The translations under genes and the position numbers were made by a program. From Hypanus sabinus (lineage: Eukaryota), in the NCBI RefSeq assembly GCF_030144855.1, contig NC_082710.1, positions 153,326,001 through 153,390,000 on the forward strand: 64,000 nt of DNA, read 5' to 3'. Positions 1 through 11,215 of the stretch are shown piece by piece. The notes under the pieces are model-generated. The model was not told the DNA's origin and did no database searches. It saw only the letters and a list, made by a program, of their open reading frames with translations. Within the stretch, counting starts at the first letter, position 1; every line of letters starts with the position of its first letter.

Positions 1-24
1 CAAAAGTACATCACTTGTAAAATA

Positions 25-160
25 CAAACACAAGGAAATCTGCAGATGCTGGAAATTCAAGCAACACACACAAAATGCTGGTGGAACTCAGCAGGCCAGG
101 CAGCTTCTATAGGAAGTAGTACAGTCGACATTTTGGGCCGAGACCCTTCATCAGGACTAA
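25..160 (-). mobile_element. Penelope-like element terminal repeat fragment with decayed minimal hammerhead ribozyme motif
   Basis: Same family recurs at ~9526-9890, ~23660-24000, ~32775-32882 and ~56000-56080. The minus strand at 158-123 reads AGUC-CUGAUGA-A-GGGUCUCGGCCC-AAAAUGUC-GACU, a type I hammerhead layout with GAAAC mutated to AAAAU. Confidence 0.65.
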
Positions 161-839
161 CTTGTAAAACATTTCTTTAAGGCAGATAGAACCAACCAGA
201 GAAGTGGACCAATCATTGATTATGGGATAAACAGCATAATTATTAGTAATTTATGTAAATATTTGATGTCTTTGCATTGTAGTGCAAATTTCACAATACA
301 CAGTATAAGTCAGTGATTATAAACCTGATTCTGAAAGTTCAAAGTACATTTATCATCAAAGTATGTATACTATATACAAGCTTGAGATTCATCTCTGTGT
401 TGGCAAACTTGAAGATTGAGAATCTTTTAGAATTCAAAAAAAGTTTATCTAGAAATTGGTAAAGAAAGGCACAGAGGGTAACGTCCTGTAAAAGCTTATA
501 TAGTTGTGTAAAAAAGAAAACTAGCTTGGGCATGTGTGGAGCACAGTGAGAGCTGGGAGAATTTGTAGCAAAAATTGAGCTGCTGAAGGAACTTAACGGA
601 TCAGGCAGATTCTGTGGGGGGAAATAGGCAGCTGGTGTTTTGGTGGAAGACTCTTCATCCGGACTAGGAGCAGAGGGGAGATAGTATGAAAAAGTGGGGT
701 GAGAGCTAACAAGAGATAGGTGGATCCCTCTGACGAAGGTTTGACTGGGAGTTGAAGTTAGTTGGGAGGGGGAAAGTGTAGGTAAACTGGGAGGTGGAGG
801 TGACAAAGGGCAGTCAGTATATGGTGGAATCTGTTAGCA

Positions 840-1620
840 AAGGAAGATGCAACATAGAATCAAATAAGGGAGATAAGGAGGTCAGTTGCAAGAAAGTAAA
901 AGAAAGAAATATGAGTAAAAGGGATAGTACTAAAAAATAGATCCTGAAAGTAGATAAGTTCCAAAGATCCCATGGTCTACATACCAGACCTCTGAAGGGA
1001 TGGTGATGGAGAAAATGGATAGTCTGGTTATCATCTTCCGAATATCTGTAGATGCTGAAATGGACCTTGCAGACTGGAGTATAGCAAGTGTGACCCCACT
1101 ATTTGGCTAACACATAGGGAATAATAGAAATAAATGGAACTTCTGGTGTCTTTCATAAAGAAAGATGTGCTTGCTATGGAGGGACATATTGAGGTATAAT
1201 AACAATTCACTACACTGGTTACTGTGGTGGCAAGGTCTGTAATTTGAGATGTAATTGTGTGCTCAAAGCTTTATAAGTATGAAACATGCTTAAAAGGCTT
1301 GAGAGTTTATGTCAGGAGGATGTTTATACTAGCTAAAGAGTCTAGACCTAGAGTCACGTTCTCCAAACTAATGTGTAGTTACATGAGTGCATGAGAATTA
1401 CCTTCACACGGATGGTGTGCCTTTGAAAATCTCTGCCCGAGAGCTATAGAGGCTTAGTCATTGGTTACATTCAAAACAGGTTGCTAGATTCTGGTGAACT
1501 GAGGGAATGGTGAGATATGGGGTTAGTCTAAGAAGATGGTGTTGAGATAGAAGACCAAATACAATGTCATTGAATGGAAGAACAGACTGGAGGGGCTGAA
1601 TGGTGTGCATCACATTTAGT
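840..1620 (+). mobile_element. Old degenerate CR1 LINE fragments (RT region and 3' end)
   Basis: Resembles the better-preserved CR1 copies in the window; no open frame remains. Confidence 0.55.
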
Positions 1621-1951
1621 TCCTCTCTATTAACTTCAAAGCCACTTTTCACTCTTACTAAAAGCTCTGCAGTCTCTGTATTGTCTTTTTCTCTTTTTGA
1701 AGGCTCTCAAGTAGTTCCAGTGTCCCACCGCCCTTTCTCTGAAAGAGTTCCCTCATAGGTTAAGTCCTTATCAAGGTTCCAGTTAACTGAACCTTGGACT
1801 GTATCAGGCAGCAGTGTATCACAATCACTCTCCACTGTTTGGCTGTGGGTGTTTGTGCAATACTCAGCAAACATTTTTGATGCATTTCCGCACTTAAGTG
1901 TCATGAAGAAACCATCCCTAAAACAGATTCCTTTTGCAAACTGACTTTAAC

Positions 1952-1999
1952 TGTGTGTGTATGTGTATGTGTCTCTATATACACACACGCACGCACGCA

Positions 2000-2071
<72 letters not shown>
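1952..2071. repeat. Compound (TG)n/(AC)n microsatellite
   Basis: Directly visible; the AC tract is about 90 bp. Confidence 0.98.
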
Positions 2072-2073
<2 letters not shown>

Positions 2074-2808
2074 GTATGTACATTATTGTGTCTTTAATGC
2101 AGTGTGAACAGATTCCAGTGCCATGATCTGACACTGATAAACAAGGGGTTCATATAATATCTGTATTTCCCTATTTCCTTCTAACATATCAGTTGGCTAT
2201 TCTGCCTGTCAAGTCTGTCCTAGCTCATAGAGCAATCCCATTCCTCTACTGATTTTTATGGTAATCAATTTTGGATGCCCATCAGTTCCACCACACATTT
2301 GCACGGTAGGGGCAGATTACAGTGTGTAATCTTGTGTGCCTTTGTGATGCTCATTCATCACAACTTCAAACGTGGCTGCCTTGTTTAGATCTCAGTTTAA
2401 GATTTTAAATTCATCTTTCTTTCCATAGCGACTCCTTTTTTTGTATCTCCTGATCTGCTGTTTTTACAAGACTTTACAATATTTTTTGATTTTTGTGTGG
2501 CTCTTCCATGGCTGACAGACCCTGACTAATATACAAACAACTCCATTAAGTGGGAGAGTGAGGATCTTGGCACAGTGAATAAATATTCTGATAAAACTCT
2601 GAATATTACTCATGTTGGACCATTAGACTTTCTGGACTTTTGAATATTCTTTTAATTAATACCTCAATGTACATTTAATTTACTTTTTTAGAAAAGAGAT
2701 TACATAGTATCATACTAGGTTTCCCAGTTAAGCTTAAAGAGAGTGCAGGAACTCGGGCTGCAATAGTTGGGGGAGAAAAAGATCACAGGAACTGGGTGCC
2801 GGAGAGTG

Positions 2809-2818
2809 GAAAGTGAAA
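2809..2818 (+). promoter_or_regulatory. Candidate IRF element/ISRE upstream of B2M exon 2
   Basis: GAAAGTGAAA matches GAAANNGAAA and lies in non-repeat sequence. A second match, GAAAAGTGAAA, is at 3530-3540. Short motif, so chance matches are possible. Confidence 0.35.
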
Positions 2819-3949
2819 TGTGTTACTAAGCGAACCAGATTTTGAAATGTTTGATTTTCTAAATAGCAAATTATTTACGCTTTACTGTAGTTGTAAGGTT
2901 TTGATTTGTTGATTCTTGGAATTGAGTATGTGTGTGGGGTAAGGGTGGTTGTTCTATAAATCAGATTTTTGTTACCCTCCGCCCCCACCACCATCTTGAG
3001 AAGACAGTCATGAGCAACATTAAACTACCACTTTCTGTTTAGCAAGTGCACCTGCAGTATGTAAGGTGTCTGAGGATAGTAAGTCAGGTGAGTGTATGAT
3101 AAAGTAATCTCTCATCACCCAGTGTTCTGGCCTAAATAGTTCCCTTTCAGTGATTTAAATCAAAACCAGAAAACATTAGGAACAGTTAGTGGGTCAGGTG
3201 GCATCTGTAAAGTGAGAAACAGGGTTAAGTTTCAGGTGGATAAGTTGAATTGGGGAAAATTCGTTAACAGTGGGGCAGATGGAAGACCACCACCCCAATC
3301 ACTGTATAAGGATCCATTGTAACTGGGTGCCACAGGTTGGAGTAGACTGGCAGACGATAGAAGGATGTTGATTTGACAGGAAGAGGTGAAAATGGAGAAG
3401 GTGTTGAGAAAAGAAATAAAGACAAACTCTTCATTGTGAAATGTGCAATACCAAACGGAACATCTACTGGAAATCCAAAATAAGAGAATCTATTTGGAGA
3501 GCCCAAAGAGAAGAATACTGTCAAGGAACGAAAAGTGAAAAAATGCAGATACTGGAAATCTGAAATATAAACAGAAACTGTCAGAAACATCCAGATCAGG
3601 CCTCATTACAAAGGGAAGGAAACATATTGGTCCACATCAACATCATGAGGAGTCATAGACCTGAAACACCAACCATACCTCCTTCCTCACAGATACAGCC
3701 CAATCTACCAAGCAGTCCCTGCTTCCATTGAAATTGACCATGTCTAATACAACTGGAAAAGCTGGCTGTCTGAGATTGTTGAATTTGACATTGAATAACC
3801 TATTCAGATGAAATCTGATATGAGTCAGAGTGAGAATGCTGTGGAGATTTACAGAATGCAGGAAGTTGCAGGTTATTGTTGTGAACTGAACAGAGGGGTT
3901 CTGCAAAATGGCCACTCAATCTGCAGTGGTTGTTGTTGAGGAAACCATT

Positions 3950-4440
3950 TTGTTCAAGTTCCAAAGTAAATTTATTATCAAAGTACATACATGTCACAAT
4001 ATACAACCCTGAGATTTGTTTTCTTGTAGGCATATTCAGTAGATACAAGAACCATAATAGAATCGGTGTAATAGAATCTACCCGACCAATGTGTAAAAAA
4101 CAAACTCTGCAAATTGGAAGGATAAAAAATAAGCAATAAACATCAAGAAAGTGAGATGAAGTGCCCTTGAAAGTGAGTGCATAGGTTGTGGGAACAGTTC
4201 AGTGATGGGATGAGTGAAGTTATCCCCACTGGTTCAAAAGCCTAGAGGTTGAGGGGTAATAACTGATACGGAACCTGCTGGTGTGAGTCCTGAGGCCCCT
4301 GTACCTACTTCCTGGTGGCAGCAGCAAGAAGAGAGCATGACCTGCGTGGCATGGTTCCCTGATGATGGACGCTACTTTACTGCTACAGCACTCCATGTAG
4401 ATGTGCTCAGTGGAGGAGAGGTCTTTATCCATGATTGACT
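3950..4440 (-). mobile_element. Rex1/Babar-type LINE 3' fragment
   Basis: ORF 4220..4432 reads HAGHALFLLLPPGSRYRGLRTHTSRFRISYYPSTSRLLN, the typical Rex1/Babar ORF C-terminus. Confidence 0.75.
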
Positions 4441-5046
4441 GATCAATTTAGCATGGTCCATACCATGTTAAAGGGTGCAGGTAGACATCAGCTTCACTTG
4501 GAAGGAGACTTTGGTACACAAGTTGGTGAGAAGGAAAGGGGTGAGAGGGTGAGTGCTGCATTTCATGTAGTTCGTGGTTCATGGTGGAACGATGTAGTGT
4601 GAAGGGCAGTTGGAAGAGTTTGGGCCATGGGATTCATCGAGGAGACAGGAATCCGCACGAGGGGATGAAATACGTGTGGTGGTAGATGATGTATTAAATT
4701 TGGACACTGGTCAGTTAGATGTTGGAGGGGTTGGGGGATGTTTTAATTTCTCTGACTAGGGTGTGAAGAGGTTGGAAGCATAATGACTGCATAATGATTA
4801 CCAGTGATATCTGTTAACAAGGAAGGACAACAGTGACAGGGGTAAAGCATTACCAATAGATTCCTGACTTGTCATACATCAGCCAAACTAAGAAATATAT
4901 TGGCTAGCTTTCATTATGAGTCTAAATCCTGAAATGTCTGCTCCAGCAGCACTGTGGGAGTGCCTTTTAAAAAAAAAAGACTAAAATGATTCTAAAAGAA
5001 TATCATTTTATCTGGGGGAAAAAGTGGGTGTTGCCAGTGATACCTG

Positions 5047-5294
5047 TTCTTCTTCTTCATCATCATCATCATCATCATCATCATCGTCAGGTGCTGTGGC
5101 CAGTTTGAGCTTTGGACTGCCGTGGCCCACATGCTCCTGTTTCGGGTCATGTGGATCAGTTTGTTGGTATTCATTTCCAGTTCTCTGGCTGCTGTCTCCA
5201 TCATCGTTTGTCTTTGTCTTCTTTCTTTCATCCCTTCAATCTTTCCCATAATTACCGTGCATTCTAACTCCTCTTCCCTAATCACGTCTCCAAT
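5047..5294 (-). mobile_element. RTE-clade LINE 3' fragment with (GAT)n(GAA)n tail
   Basis: ORF 4992..5303 reads IREEELECTVIMGKIEGMKERRQRQTMM, resembling the RTE C-terminal GKIEGxRxRGR region; microsatellite tail at 5047-5085. Confidence 0.7.
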
Positions 5295-5347
5295 ATTGGA
5301 CACGTGATTAGGGAAGAGGAGTTAGAATGCACGGTGATTATGGGAAA
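5242..5347. repeat. 106-bp near-perfect palindrome (fold-back of the RTE 5' end)
   Basis: Arms 5242-5294 and 5295-5347 are reverse complements with 2 mismatches; the centre is TCCAAT|ATTGGA. Confidence 0.95.
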
Positions 5348-5828
5348 TGTTTTTCATACATAAATGAGATATAGGGGAAGCACCCAGATGGACTGCCTCA
5401 TGAGCAGGAACACAGGACAGGTAGAATCATTTTCCTAGGGGAATTGTCAAGTACCAGAGGGCACAGGTTCAAGGTGAGGTGGGGGAAGTTTAACGGAGAC
5501 ATTCAATGCAAGTTTTCTTAAAGCAGAGAGTGGTGCGTGCCTGGAACTCAATGCTGGAATAGGTTCAGCAATGTTTAAAAGAAATTTAGTCAGACCCATG
5601 AACAGGCAGAGAATGGAGGTGTACAGAGCATATGCAGACAGATGCATTAGTTAGACTGGCATAATAGTTGGCCAGACATAGCTGAAAAGCCTGTTCTGTG
5701 CTACACTAGTCTATGTTCTAGGGGCAAGCTTGTGATGGGATTCTCAGTGTAGGAGACTCATAATGATACCTGAATTTGAAATGACTTTTATTACATGCAC
5801 TCACTGTGACTCTCCTGTGTATCTGCAG

Positions 5829-6107
5829 ATGTAAGTCCACCGCAGGTCAACGTCTACACCTACAAACCCGTCTCGAAAGGTGAAAGCAATGTTCTTCTTT
5901 GTCATGCTAGAGAATTCAGCCCACCCAACATCAAGCTGGATTTGCTGCAGGATGGTGTTGAGATACCAAACACTGAGCAATTTGACCTCAGCTTTGACCC
6001 AAACTGGAAATTCAAGTTGACCAAATATGTTAAGTTCACCCCCAGGGATGGAGTGGTTTATACCTGCAGGGTGGTGCACAATGGAGTTACCAAAGTTGTT
6101 AAACTGG
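5829..6107 (+). CDS. B2M: Beta-2-microglobulin exon 2 (Ig C1 domain)
   Basis: ctgcag|AT...CTG G|gtgagt, 279 nt, phase 1 at both ends. Translates (D)VSPPQVNVYTYKPVSKGESNVLLCHAREFSPPNIKLDLLQDGVEIPNTEQFDLSFDPNWKFKLTKYVKFTPRDGVVYTCRVVHNGVTKVVKL. The Cys25-Cys80 spacing of 55, F56, W60 and H84 are conserved. Missed by the ORF track. Confidence 0.97.
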
Positions 6108-6141
6108 GTGAGTAAATCATGCAATCCTCATCAATCATATA

Positions 6142-6936
6142 CAATGGATCCCCGTTACTTGGGAGACTTTGGGGCCAGTACGTTCTGGCCCAATTAAGCT
6201 GTTGCCCCAATTAGCTGAAGTTTCATGGAAATAGTTAATAAGATACTTAAAAAAGCCAAATTACCATTTAACTGAGTAACAAATTATGTATTTAAATGAA
6301 ATACAGAACAAATTAGACCACTTCCAAAACTACTATAAAACTCTGTATTAGTTCCTAATAGTTATTGTGAATCTAGTGTATGGTACATATTGTTTTGATT
6401 GACTGTACATGAACAAAATCAGTGCAGACTGTTGGTATAGATAATGGATGCCTTCAGGCAATGCTTTCGAGGATGGCATCCTCCAAATCTTCATTGTCAT
6501 TGTAACATTCAAGATGATTGTCAATACCTTCAAATTCTTAGTTGTTTCGAACTTGTTAAAGTAGTGAAACCGATTGATTTTCACTCCCAGTGATTTCTGG
6601 TGTTTTCAAGCCTGAATGCTTGAAACTGCAGTGAGCAAAACGGTTCTGAATTGTCTTACTGCTTATTACTCACCAGCTATCAGTGACAAAAATCACTGCA
6701 TTTTGAACACAAACTCATGCAACTGATGATATTTAAAAACTACCGTATGGTGTCTAAAGGCCACATGACATGCATGTCACTGATGTTAGTTAGAAACTGT
6801 TCTGTAACAGTTTCCTGTCCCAATTAAGTGACAGGGGACTACCAGCAATTTTCTTGATCTGATTTTGTTCTAAGAGTTGTCCCAAATAAGCTGCAGTCCC
6901 GAATAACTGATGGCCCCAATTAATTGGAATCCGTTA
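6142..6936 (-). mobile_element. Tigger/pogo-derived non-autonomous DNA transposon in B2M intron 2
   Basis: TA-flanked degenerate TIRs (CAATGGATCCCCGTTACTTGGG ... CCCAATTAATTGGAATCCGTTA). An internal minus-strand acidic remnant, EEFEGIDNHLECYNDNEDLEDAI, resembles a pogo transposase C-terminus. Confidence 0.6.
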
Positions 6937-8485
6937 TAAGTCTCTAATTATCTGACACACTCAGGACTTTGGTGGTGCTGGACTGCCAGATTTTCTTGAC
7001 AATTGAAAATTGGCGTATTCACAAAGCAGTTTAAGTTCACTTTTTTTTTGTATGTTACATGGTATTGCAATATGTTTTCAGTGAACATAGTAAGTGCAAC
7101 AGGAACATGAGGCCCAGGGCACCAGTGAATTCTAAAGGATCCCAAGGAACTGGGATACTAGTAAGTTTTAAGGGAGTGCAAGTAGCATCATTGATGAGAT
7201 CGATAATAAACCTACTGCCTAATCTAATGAAAATAGCAGATTATTGCAGCTGAACTGTATGTATGTATACATTCTTTATTCCAATCTGCACAATTAAGCT
7301 CTAATCAAGTTCTTCTCCACCTAATATCAAACGTTAATTAGATTCTACTCTGGAAACTTCCAAGGTATCGTTTAATCTTTATATAATCACCTGAATTCCT
7401 GCTTAAACTTCATTTCCAGGTACCATGTAATTACAAACCTTTGTACGTGTCTGGCGTAAAGTTCAGTCATGTAAAGTACCTATAATTAACATAAACTGAC
7501 CATTTTTCTCCCCTAAAATAAAGCAAATTCAAATGAGATGTTAACAAGGCAATGCAGAGGGTGGCCAAGATGCCCTGAGGAAACATTTTTTTTAATGAAG
7601 CTACAAAAATTTTTATGATGGGAAGTGGATTTAAGGCCCCGTCCACAATCCAAACCTGTGATTCAGCTTGACTGTATGAAATGTCAGTGTAGTTTCTGTG
7701 GTCATGTGTCTGAAATGAGCCTCAAACCTTAACCTGTGACTTGGCTGAGTGTCTTATAAAGGAGCTATGTTAGACCCTGAAATCAGGCTGTAGGATTCTG
7801 TATCAGTGCAAAAATTTTCTCGATACAAGCCCTGAGCGTGTTTTTCAAAACCTCTCTGACTTAGCTAATTGTCAGCAATCAGCAAATAGAGCACTTCAAC
7901 ACAGGAGCCGGCTCTTCGTCTCACCATGTCCATGCCAACAATCTCAGGAATCTTAACTAATTTCACCTCAAAGTTCAAAGTAAATTCATTATTAAAGTAC
8001 AGGTATGTCACTATATACAACCCTCAGATTCATTTTCTTGCAGACCTACTCAATAAATTCAATAGCCATGATCAATGAAAGACCACACAAGCAGAGAGGA
8101 CAAGCAGTATATTTGACATTTCCAGACAGGGAAGAGGATTCTATCTGCCTAGTAGATGCCTCTCATAGTTTTATATACCAAAAATTGTACTTTGAAGTGT
8201 ACTGTGTGAATAATTTAAGACATAACTTGATGATGGTGAGAGGAAGAGGTGACTTTAGATCCATTGTTCCCAGATCATCCTTCCACTGTGGACATACTCA
8301 AGTTGTGGACTCACGTAAGATTTGGTTGATTGTGGCTCCATTAGCAGTGGATCTTGCAGTTGACATGATGGTGTATGGAAACTTCAACAGACTTTGGTCA
8401 CTTGTCCACTAATATCTATGTGTGGGTCTCATCTCTTCTGTTCACTAATCATGTTTTTTTTTTATCCCCCTGCTTTCACTTACAG

Positions 8486-8493
8486 ACTCCTAG
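8486..8493 (+). CDS. B2M: B2M exon 3 coding part (completes D-S-stop); the exon runs 8486-8508
   Basis: Pyrimidine tract then tacag|AC TCC TAG GCTGTTGCACCACAG|gtaagc. Phase fits exon 2 (G+AC=Asp), and a tiny stop-containing exon 3 matches mammalian B2M structure. Confidence 0.85.
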
Positions 8494-8594
8494 GCTGTTG
8501 CACCACAGGTAAGCAAACTCTGACACTTTTTGTTTTTACTGATGATAGTATTCTGGCCTAATGTTCAACTTCCTCACTCTCTTTTGTTTTGCAG

Positions 8595-9390
8595 CCATGA
8601 ACACCAGCCCGACAAGAGTGAATTGACAATACCAAAATTCCATCTTTTCAACATGATTGCATGTTTTGATCGGGTTGCTGAAGCTCAAAGGATAATCCCA
8701 TAATCTCATTTTTGAAAATATATGCCAAATGATTTGCTTTGGAAGCATATATCCTTGGAATTAAAATTTGCTCTTTTTGTTTCTGACTACTGCTCACTGA
8801 AATTAATAAGGTTATTTCAATAGTTAATTTGAAATTAAATTTCCTTTCCATTTGCTGCAGAGAACTGGCCTGTAAGTCATGGCTTATAGAAGCACCTAGA
8901 AATATTCTTCATCCTCCTCCCCCCCCCCCCCAACCTCCTTCAGTAGTACTTGACGCATTGATCCCCATCCTATAGACTGTTGTACTCATTTGCGCACAGC
9001 AACTCTAACCTGTGCCAGCCCACCCCAACCTTTTCAGCTTGGAATCCAGGTATGATGCTGCTTTTGGAACACCTTTGGCCAACCCTAGTTGTGCATCTTT
9101 CTTACCGTTCCCATTCCACCTTGGTGACTTGCAGGACTGAATTCCATTTCTAGCTGTTGGGTTTTGTTACTGATTTAAGCAAGGGGAATGCAGAAATGTC
9201 ACAAATTGCTTTTTTTTAAATCATTGCATAAAATGCTCAGATTTGTGGGGGGGGGGATTTTTAAATCATTGCATAAAATGCTAGGGTTTGTGGGGGGGGG
9301 ATTTTTTCAAATCATTACATTAGATTTGTGGAGGGAATTTATTGTTAAGGATTCAATGTGTAACAATGAATAAAATACATTTTACCTTAT
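8595..9390 (+). other. B2M: B2M non-coding exon 4 (3' UTR)
   Basis: 86-nt intron 8509-8594 ends ctcttttgttttgcag. AATAAA is at 9369-9374, with earlier ATTAAA alternatives at 8760 and 8834. The 3' end is approximate. Confidence 0.65.
9214..9337 (+). repeat. ~43-bp tandem repeat x~3 with G10/G9 runs in the B2M 3' UTR
   Basis: Unit TTTTAAATCATTGCATAAAATGCT(CAGA/AGGG)TTTGTG(G)nAT occurs twice, plus a degenerate third copy. Confidence 0.9.
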
Positions 9391-9525
9391 CTCCTTGTTT
9401 TCTCATTTGTGACTCTTAGAACAATGAACCAATCAATGTCAGTGTTGGTATCAACAATACAAAAATACAGCAACTTCCACTTACATAGTGTTTTCAATTT
9501 CTGAAGCAGTTACAAACGAGGAAAT

Positions 9526-9890
9526 CTGCAGATGTTGGAAGTCCAAGCAACACACACTAAATGCTGGAGGAGCTCAGCAGGTCAAACAGCATCTATGGAA
9601 AAGGGTATAGTTGATGTTTTGGGCTGAGATCGTTCATCAGCACTGGAGAGAAAAAAAGATAAGTCAGAGTTTGAAGGTGGGGGAAGGAGAGGAAGAAACA
9701 GAAGGTGATAGGTGAAACCGGGAGGGGTGAAGTAAAGAGCTAGGAAGTTGATTGGTGAAAGAGATACAGGGCTAGAGAAAGGGTTCTCTGATGGGAGAGG
9801 ATAGAAGCCCATGGAAGAAAGAAAAGTGGGCAGAGCACCGGAAGGAAGTTTGCCATGTGAGGTGACATTAGGCGGGTTAGGTAGCTTTTG
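9526..9890 (-). mobile_element. Penelope-like terminal repeat fragment
   Basis: Homologous to 25-160 (GAAATCTGCAGATG...CAACACACAC...CTCAGCAGG), followed by the purine-rich tract typical of this family. Confidence 0.6.
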
Positions 9891-10339
9891 AGGAAAGGGG
9901 GCTTTGAAATTTCCATACAATGGTGTCAGATTTATTGTCATCTGCACAGCTGCTATGAAAAATTTGCAGCAGGGTCACAGGCACATAGCATTAGAGACAT
10001 TGACAAGAAGAATATAAATTAAGACGAGAAAGAAAACATGACAAAAAAAATCCATTGTTGTACAGTGCTGCCATACAGGGGGAGTGATTAAGGTTGTCAT
10101 TAGGAGAAAAGGACATTCAGGTCATCAAGTGACCTGGGGTTGATTGACTTTGTGTGTTGATATGTGTCGTTCGCACATTTTCCCGGAGAGAGTGTGGATG
10201 CTTGATGGTTGGCATAAATGTGATGGGCCAAAGGGTCTGTTTCCCATGAGCAGCTCTGCCATGAACTGTCCAAAAGCTATTTGTGCTGACCATAAAGAGC
10301 CATCTGCATGAGCCATATCTATATAAACACCATGTTTCA

Positions 10340-10540
10340 TTCTCCCCATCCTCTCCCAGGTTGTAACACTTTCCATACAGTAGGGGCAACTTACAGTTAC
10401 ATCTTTGAGACGTGGGAGGATACAGGAGAATGCTGGGGAATTCCACAGGGAGAACGTGCAAACTCCACACCATCAGCACCTGTGTTCAGGATTGTACTAG
10501 AGTCACTGGAGCTATGAAGAAGTGACATTATGCTGCTGCT
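10340..10540 (-). mobile_element. tRNA-derived V-SINE/HE1-like SINE
   Basis: Minus strand carries the V-SINE core (GGAGTTTGCACGTTCTCCCTGTG...). Related copies are at ~21676-21790, ~51980-52230, ~56630-56880 and ~57800-58030. Confidence 0.65.
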
Positions 10541-11048
10541 GGTTTGCAATGATAACTGAGGAGGAGGGTCTGAACAGATTAGGGTTAACATGTTGTGGTA
10601 TCTGTCGATGAATAATTGGGTTAGGAGCCAGAGAAATATTTCAGTTCCCCTGAGGATTGGCATACTACAGCAATGAGGTGCACGCCTAGCTGCCCCCCCA
10701 GGCATGATAAAGAATAATTAATAGGATCGACGGTAGGGGTAGCCACATCCTATGTGAGAGGGTTCAGATGAACCAGCAGGGAAAGTTTTATCACAGTGCA
10801 CAATATTTACAAGAGGGGTAAATTTCATCCTGTAGTGCAGAGATAACATTCACACTTCAGTCACACACAGTAGTGAGAGATACTAGATACTGAGTCCCAG
10901 CACAGTGAACAACATACTACCAGTGAACTATGGGGAATAGGGATGAGTACGTGAGCATTTTGTCACTGTGGGCTATCACAAGCCATTACTGTCTGGGTGG
11001 GTGAGTGGGTATTCATTCTGAAACTCTGAATTAATCTGACACTGAGGG

Positions 11049-11215
11049 TTAGATCTTTGATGCTGTGTGACAGTAAATTGGTCTTTGATACCATGAGAAT
11101 AGGGGTTGGGTATTTGATACCACAGGACTGGGGTTGGGTCTTTGAAACTGTGAAACTGGCAAGTGGATCTTTAATACTGGGATCTTGGGTTTGGGTCTTT
11201 ACTATGACGGGGGTT
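11049..11215. repeat. Degenerate ~28-bp minisatellite, about 6 units
   Basis: Recurring TTGG(G)TCTTTGATAC-like cores at about 28-nt spacing. Confidence 0.55.

Noticed and set aside
1707-1918. Minus-strand ORF (DGFFMTLKCGNASKMFAEYC...) preceded by an AG acceptor, containing a 25-bp palindrome at 1772-1796
   Set aside because: No recognisable homology, no partner exon, and short enough to be chance. It cannot be excluded as a terminal exon of a neighbouring gene without a database search.
1901-2134. ORF with (CV)n repeat
   Set aside because: It is only the translation of the (AC)n microsatellite.
2847-2892. Possible B2M exon 1 (ATG...T|gtaagg, phase 1)
   Set aside because: MFDFLNSKLFTLYCS lacks a hydrophobic signal-peptide core, so exon 1 is more likely upstream of the window.
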